Part shown: positions 58,658-64,000 of the stretch, piece after piece
Position numbering within the stretch: position 1 is the first letter of the stretch
Layout of the letters: every line of letters starts with the position of its first letter
Source: Polyangiaceae bacterium
GTDB taxonomy: Bacteria > Myxococcota_A > Polyangia > Polyangiales > Polyangiaceae
NCBI GenBank assembly: GCA_965222375.1
Contig: CBDCTZ010000016.1
Coordinates: 544,001 to 608,000 of the forward strand
DNA: 64,000 nt
Reading direction: 5' to 3'
Made by a program: the position numbers and the translations under genes
The notes under the pieces: model-generated
What the model was told of the DNA's origin: nothing
Databases searched by the model: none
What the model saw: the letters and a program-made list of their open reading frames with translations, nothing else

Positions 58658-59251
58658 CTAGGAAGCTGGTTTGCGCCCAAGGAACTGCACAACCGCACTC
58701 TTGCCCTGATGATACTTGCCCTCACGCATCTCACGCTCGACTTCGCGGCCGATCACTACCTCCAGGCCGCGCAACTCTTCGCGTAGCGCCTCCAAATTCA
58801 TGCACAACTCTGCTACCGGTGGCCCGCCGGTGCCACGCCCGACCTGCGCTGGCGTGTACGCTTCGAGCAACATGACCCCTCCGGGAGCCAGTCCCCGGAC
58901 ACAGCCCGCGTGCACCTTTCGACGCAGGTCAGGAGGGACGTGTGCAGAAATCGATACGATCGCGGACCAGGCGCTCTGGCCCAGGTCGAAGTCGTTCAAG
59001 TCCGCGGCAATGGTCCGGATCGAAACACCACGCTCCTGCGCAAGAGACTCCGCAACGCGGAGCCCCACCGCGGACTGATCGACAGCAGTGACCTCGAACC
59101 CTTGCGCAGCCAAGTACACGGCGTTCCTCCCCTGCCCCTCTGCCAAGCACAACGCAGCTCCGCGGGGCAGCTCAGCAATCTGTTCCTTTAGAAAGTCGTT
59201 GGGCTCAGTGCCATAGGCATAGCCAGGCTCGGAGTAGCGCTTGTCCCACAT
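58658..59251 (-). CDS. Class I SAM-dependent methyltransferase (TehB-like)
   Basis: MWDKRY..YGTEPNDFL; LCLAEGQGRNA; GTGGP. Confidence 0.92.
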   Translation of the reverse strand: MWDKRYSEPGYAYGTEPNDFLKEQIAELPRGAALCLAEGQGRNAVYLAAQGFEVTAVDQSAVGLRVAESLAQERGVSIRTIAADLNDFDLGQSAWSAIVSISAHVPPDLRRKVHAGCVRGLAPGGVMLLEAYTPAQVGRGTGGPPVAELCMNLEALREELRGLEVVIGREVEREMREGKYHQGKSAVVQFLGRKPAS

Positions 59252-59361
59252 GAGCGCCTGTGTGGTACGTCGGCGCGCGGAAGTCTATGTCTTGGCAGCG
59301 TGCTCGGCTCGCGCCTTTGGCGCGAATTGCTTCGAAGTTGACTTGTCGATACACTTTCCAG

Positions 59362-60495
59362 ATGCTCCGTGCTTTGTTTGTCGTCTGCGCTGCCACGACC
59401 ATTGGCTGCAGCTCGGACTACAGCTTGGCCCCCGCCGACGGCGGTTCGAGTACCGGTGGCAGCGGCGCGTCTGTGACAGATTCGGGCTGGAATGTCGACG
59501 GTGGCGGTACTGCCGGCGTCGGAGGCACTTCAGGGTCGGCGGGAAGCGCTGGAAGCTCGGGTTCGGCGGGCGGCGAGGATTGCAGCAATGGCGTGGATGA
59601 CAATGGGAATAAGCTCGTGGATTGCGCAGATCCGCTCTGCGCCAGCGCAACTTGCGTGACCGTGCCACCCAACTGGCTCGGCCCGGTGCACTTCGCGTCC
59701 GCCGCCAGCCTTGCGGCGCTGCCGAACTGTCCCGGGGGAGTGGCTCCGGTCACCGAAGGCGGAAGCGGAACTCTCGGTGTTCAGCCCCTTGGTTGCGCGC
59801 CCTGCGGTTGCAGCAAGCCTTCCGGCGCGACCTGCCAAATCCAGCCGGCGAAGGCGTATTCACTGGGTCAGTGCAATGACTCGAACAACAAGAACTACAC
59901 CGCCCTGGCAAATAAGTGCACCAACCTGCCCAACGTGGGTGGCGACGCCCCAAACAGTCTCAAGGCACCTCAGATTGCCGCCGTGGGAGCGAGCTGCGCG
60001 CCGAGCGGGGGAGCCGAGACGTCGCGCCCCAAGCCCGCCTTTGCCAACTTTGGTCGAGTGTGTCTGGTAAGTACCGGGGGTGGCTGCAAAGTAAGTGAAC
60101 AGTGCGTGCCCTCCGCGCCGTCGGGCTTCGATAGCAAGCTTTGTATTTCGCGGCCTGGCGGTCATGCCTGTCCCGCTCCGTTCAGCACCAAGACCGCGCT
60201 CTACGATCCTGCCAAGTTCACCGATACACGCGCCTGCGGAAAATGCACCTGCGGTTCGCCCACGGGTAATTACTGCGACGGCAAAGCGGAGTTCTTCTTG
60301 GGCACGAATTGCACTCAGAAACACCCAGAAGAATTCACGATTCCGACCAACGCCTGTCGCTTCGGCCCGGATCCAGGTTGGCCGTCGATATGGGTCACGG
60401 TGGGAACCGAACAAGGTGGGAGTTGCAAGGCGACTCAGGGGGCTCAGAGCGGTACGGCGTTGCCGACGGGCGCGAATACCGTCTGCTGCATGTGA
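59362..60495 (+). CDS. Cys-rich lipoprotein
   Basis: TIGC lipobox; EDCSNGVDDNGNKLVDCADPLC; DTRACGKCTCGSP; ends TVCC. Confidence 0.85.
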   Translation: MLRALFVVCAATTIGCSSDYSLAPADGGSSTGGSGASVTDSGWNVDGGGTAGVGGTSGSAGSAGSSGSAGGEDCSNGVDDNGNKLVDCADPLCASATCVTVPPNWLGPVHFASAASLAALPNCPGGVAPVTEGGSGTLGVQPLGCAPCGCSKPSGATCQIQPAKAYSLGQCNDSNNKNYTALANKCTNLPNVGGDAPNSLKAPQIAAVGASCAPSGGAETSRPKPAFANFGRVCLVSTGGGCKVSEQCVPSAPSGFDSKLCISRPGGHACPAPFSTKTALYDPAKFTDTRACGKCTCGSPTGNYCDGKAEFFLGTNCTQKHPEEFTIPTNACRFGPDPGWPSIWVTVGTEQGGSCKATQGAQSGTALPTGANTVCCM

Positions 60496-60566
60496 ACTCG
60501 CTGCGCGTCTGAGGCCGGCCGCGCGCGGATGCAATTTCGTCGCGGCGTGTGTCTGCGTTTGCGACG

Positions 60567-61514
60567 TCAGAATCGCACGCGGGCGAAGGCCTGGGCGCCA
60601 CCCGGCGTCGCCCGAACACCGGCGCTGGAGTTCTTCGAATCCGTGAAGAAGAAGTACGCGCCGACCCCCACGGCAGCAGCGCCGACAACGGCGGCGACCG
60701 CACCTAGGGTGCGCTTTCGCTGAGCCGACTCGCCTTCGTCAATCAGGTCCTGGGTTGGACAGACCGTATCGGGGCACTGATCGTCGACGTCAGATTTCTG
60801 CGCGCTGCCATCGATGAACAAGTAGGTGCCCAGTCCGAGCAGGACGACGCCTGCACCCGTCGAAATGACGCCGGCGGTGCGTTGGGTTGACCAGGATGAT
60901 GGGGCCGCGTCCGCTCCGCCTTCCTCGCTCGCGAGTGGCGAGGTGAGCCGCGTACTCTTCGGCGTCACGACCACGCGTTGGGTTTCTCCATCTTCCAGCT
61001 CCACGGACTGCTCAGAATTCCTCTGCCCGTCCACTTCCAGCATCACGCTCACCGAGCCGGGATCCACCGGCAGCGGCGTTTCGTAGGCGCCGGCGGGCAC
61101 CCAGGTCTCTCCCAGTTTGATGCGCGAACCCGGAGGAAGGTTCTTTGCCACGATGATGATTGCGCTGAGCCGCGGCTCGAGCCCACTGATCTTGCTCGCA
61201 GCGAACGTCCTGCGCTCCTCATCCCCCGCTGCCTGCGCCTGGGTCAGAAGCTTGCGATAGAGCGCCATCGCAGATGCCGTGCGGCCACGTGCTTCCTCCG
61301 CCATGGCCATTGCCTGCAGTGTTCCTCGAGCCGGTGCGATTTCGTAGCTGGCGCGCAGCTTCACCAGGGACTCGGCAAACTTGCCGTCTTCCGCGAGCTG
61401 AATCCCTGCTTTGAACAAGGCGTCGGCGGCCGCGGCGCTCTCTGGCGTAGCGCTCGCCCAGCCGGCGCTGGTCACCGAAAGCAGCAGTGCGCAGAGCCCG
61501 ACCAATTGCCGCAT
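60567..61514 (-). CDS. TPR / PEGA-like protein with C-terminal hydrophobic hairpin
   Basis: Signal peptide; AADALFKAG TPR; LPVDPG; TQRTAG hydrophobic helices; ends FARVRF. Confidence 0.85.
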   Translation of the reverse strand: MRQLVGLCALLLSVTSAGWASATPESAAAADALFKAGIQLAEDGKFAESLVKLRASYEIAPARGTLQAMAMAEEARGRTASAMALYRKLLTQAQAAGDEERRTFAASKISGLEPRLSAIIIVAKNLPPGSRIKLGETWVPAGAYETPLPVDPGSVSVMLEVDGQRNSEQSVELEDGETQRVVVTPKSTRLTSPLASEEGGADAAPSSWSTQRTAGVISTGAGVVLLGLGTYLFIDGSAQKSDVDDQCPDTVCPTQDLIDEGESAQRKRTLGAVAAVVGAAAVGVGAYFFFTDSKNSSAGVRATPGGAQAFARVRF

Positions 61515-61873
61515 TGTCAGCGATCCAACGACGCCAACGCGTTGGTCGTCAAGCCACGCCTTGACAGAACCTTTGCCCCGGCTATCTTTCGCGGCCCCAG
61601 GAGTCCGTCATGTTCGCCCACTTACATGCACTTGCGCCTAATCGCGGCTGCGCTTGCGGGTGGCAGGGCTTTGCCCTCCGAGCTGGCTGAACGACTCTAG
61701 GCGCCGAATAGCGTAGCCGCGACCACGGGCGCGACTGCGCATCACATCTCACTCGCGTGACCACTGCTCTGGCCGCGATGGCGCGTCGCGCCTCTCTCTC
61801 GCGCGCGACCGCGACGCCGCGAAGCACTCACTTGCCCTGCGAAGGGGCGACCTCTGTCGAAAACGAGGGTGCC

Positions 61874-62845
61874 ATGCACACCCATGAAGTCGATTGGATC
61901 CTGGCGCGTCAACCCAAGGCTCCTCTCAAATTCAGCTACTTCCGCGATCGATACGCGTCGATGATCCTGAGCTGGATCGTCGGTGATGGCATGCGTGTGC
62001 GTGACCTTCGCCGTGGGCCCTACGCGAAGCTGCTTGAGAAACGCAGCGTTAAAGGAGTGCTCGCCCGTCTCAAGGGAGGTGTGCTCACGGCAAAGGCGCT
62101 CGCGCGTGCCGCCCCGTCACGAACCGTCGACTACCGTTTGACTTTCACGCGTTGGGGAGAGGTGGACGAGCGCGAGTGGTGCCCCACTTGCCATCAAACT
62201 ACGCGTCCGGGCGAGAACCTGGTGGTCCAGCTCAACTTCGCTCGGGAGCACGACACCGCATATTGGGGGCTGATCGCGCCTCGGGGTGTCGATGACCACC
62301 TCGATCACCCATTCGTCTGCGCTGGCCACCCTGTCTCGGAGCGATTTCTTACGTTGGCGTGGTCGCGCACTGACGTTTGTTTCGACGCGGGCGAAGCGCT
62401 GATTGAAGAAGTCCAGTCGGACTGGGTGAAACGGGCGGACGAGGAAGCCAAAGCGCTGCTCGTCTTGGATCCCGAGAAACTGGTCACCGCCGAGCTGTAC
62501 GGATTCGATCCCGAAATCGCGGTTCACCACATTCTGAGCTACGTGAATCACGTATTGCGCGCTCACATCGACATCTGGTCAGAAGCAATGCTGGCTGCAA
62601 CCCTGCATTTTCTTCGTGACCGGCTAGGTATTCGTCGGATCTTCTACAACACGTTTGAAACGGGTTGCTTCATGAAAGAGCTGCGCAGTGAGCGTCCGCC
62701 ACGCTCCTTGTACACGGACTTGCCGCGCCGGTTTGGCTTCCAGCTCACCCAAACACGACCGTGGGCGCTGCGCCAGTCCAGCAGCCCGCGAGTGCGGAAA
62801 AAGCTGTCTCAGCCGGAGCTGAGCTGGTTCTTGCTGGAGCTGTGA
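61874..62845 (+). CDS. Conserved hypothetical protein
   Basis: RBS GAGGG; RPGENLVVQLNF, TLAWSR.D, EALIEEVQSDW, PPRSLY. Confidence 0.8.
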   Translation: MHTHEVDWILARQPKAPLKFSYFRDRYASMILSWIVGDGMRVRDLRRGPYAKLLEKRSVKGVLARLKGGVLTAKALARAAPSRTVDYRLTFTRWGEVDEREWCPTCHQTTRPGENLVVQLNFAREHDTAYWGLIAPRGVDDHLDHPFVCAGHPVSERFLTLAWSRTDVCFDAGEALIEEVQSDWVKRADEEAKALLVLDPEKLVTAELYGFDPEIAVHHILSYVNHVLRAHIDIWSEAMLAATLHFLRDRLGIRRIFYNTFETGCFMKELRSERPPRSLYTDLPRRFGFQLTQTRPWALRQSSSPRVRKKLSQPELSWFLLEL

Positions 62846-62886
62846 GTCGGTCCATCACGGCCGGGAACCTGATAACCTCAACCGGA

Positions 62887-64000
62887 GTGGGTACGCTCGA
62901 AAATGCGCCGCGCCGGATCGGACGTTACGCGCTGCACTCACGCTTGGCGTCGGGCGGGATGGCTAGCGTGCACCTGGGCCGGCTGTTGGGCCCAGTGGGC
63001 TTCGCCCGCACTGTCGCTATCAAGCGGTTGCACCCCCAGCTGATCAAGGAGCGTTCCTTTGTCTCCATGCTGCTGGACGAAGCTCGACTGGCAGCTCGGA
63101 TCCGCCATCCAAACGTGGTCCCGGTGGTCGACGTAGTTGCACTCGAGGGTGAGCTCTTCCTGGTCATGGAGTACGTGCACGGCGAAACCCTCGCTCGCTT
63201 GTTGATCAACGCGAAGAATCAAGCGCCACCTCCGGATGTGATTACCAGAATCGTGGTTGACCTTCTCAATGGATTGCACGCCGCGCACGTGGCGACAGAC
63301 GAGCAGGGCCAACCGCTCAACATCGTGCACCGCGATGTCTCGCCGCAGAATGTGCTGGTTGGTGTCGATGGTATTGCCCGAGTCACGGATTTTGGCGTGG
63401 CCAAAGCCGTGAATCGACTGCAGTCGACCAACAGCGGCCAGGTCAAGGGCAAGCTCGCGTACATGGCGCCTGAGTACTTGCAAGGGAAGGGGCTCGATCG
63501 ACGCTCAGACATCTACTCGGCATCGGTGTTGTTGTGGGAAGGGCTCACGAGGCGGCGCTTGTTCGCGCGCAAGAACTCCACCGAGACCATGAAGCTAATT
63601 GTTTCAGGCGAGGTACCCCCGCCGAGCCGTTTTGCACCGTGGCTTAGTCCAGTATTGGACGAAGTCGTGATGCAGGGGTTGTCGCGGGATCCAGGCAAAC
63701 GCTTCTCTTCCGCCCAGGCCTTGGCCACGGCCCTCGAGGAGTCGGCGGCGCTCGCTCTGCCGCCCAAAGTGGGCGCATGGGTCCAAGAACACGCTGCGTC
63801 GGAGTTGGAGAATCGTGCGCGTTCGCTCGCCGAGGTCGAGAATGTCGAGTCGGACGACCCCACGAGTCTGGCCGGAGGTGCCGCGCTGGTGGATGCGGTC
63901 ATGTCCACCCAATCGCCCTCGAAAACGACCAACCCAGGGCTTTCGAGCACGGTGCTCCTGAATGACTACACCCCCCCAGAGGAGCCAAAGTCTGAACCCG
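62887..64000 (+). CDS. Ser/Thr protein kinase (runs off window; absent from the ORF track)
   Basis: IGRY, LASGGMASV, VAIKRLHP, HRDVSPQN, DFGVAK, GKLAYMAPE; frame open to window end. Confidence 0.93.
   Translation, partial: MGTLENAPRRIGRYALHSRLASGGMASVHLGRLLGPVGFARTVAIKRLHPQLIKERSFVSMLLDEARLAARIRHPNVVPVVDVVALEGELFLVMEYVHGETLARLLINAKNQAPPPDVITRIVVDLLNGLHAAHVATDEQGQPLNIVHRDVSPQNVLVGVDGIARVTDFGVAKAVNRLQSTNSGQVKGKLAYMAPEYLQGKGLDRRSDIYSASVLLWEGLTRRRLFARKNSTETMKLIVSGEVPPPSRFAPWLSPVLDEVVMQGLSRDPGKRFSSAQALATALEESAALALPPKVGAWVQEHAASELENRARSLAEVENVESDDPTSLAGGAALVDAVMSTQSPSKTTNPGLSSTVLLNDYTPPEEPKSEP

Noticed and set aside
62925..63965. Short ORFs in the track at the window end
   Set aside because: They overlap the plus-strand kinase, which runs off the window.

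Overview
GC-rich bacterial DNA, most likely Myxococcota (Polyangiaceae-like). This is inferred from a MYXO-CTERM protein, many Hanks-type Ser/Thr kinases, TPR-PEGA proteins, a Uma2 nuclease, DUF2330/DUF3160 proteins and many Gly-linker, Cys-rich lipoproteins. The window holds about 60 genes or gene remnants, roughly half of them predicted lipoproteins. I saw no rRNA, tRNA or CRISPR array. Main candidate system (2.5-12 kb): five lipoprotein genes share one ~150-aa N-terminal domain (C-x-x-[PA]-T-[QA]-I...IG[ST][LI]VxVPS...CIxxRRxxRF...PI...C). The four intact copies carry unrelated C-terminal cargoes, and two are near-identical up to a sharp breakpoint. The cluster lies with a TPR-PEGA protein and two Ser/Thr kinases, and the same gene types recur at 59-64 kb. 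Other highlights are a lipoprotein homolog of Streptomyces DAIP (a metalloprotease autolysis inducer), a Tat lipoprotein with transglutaminase-like and VWA domains, a pseudokinase, a nested IS256/IS21 relic, a 58-bp tandem repeat with an operator-like palindrome, and many frameshifted or deleted remnants. All family assignments come from motif recognition by eye, not from database searches.
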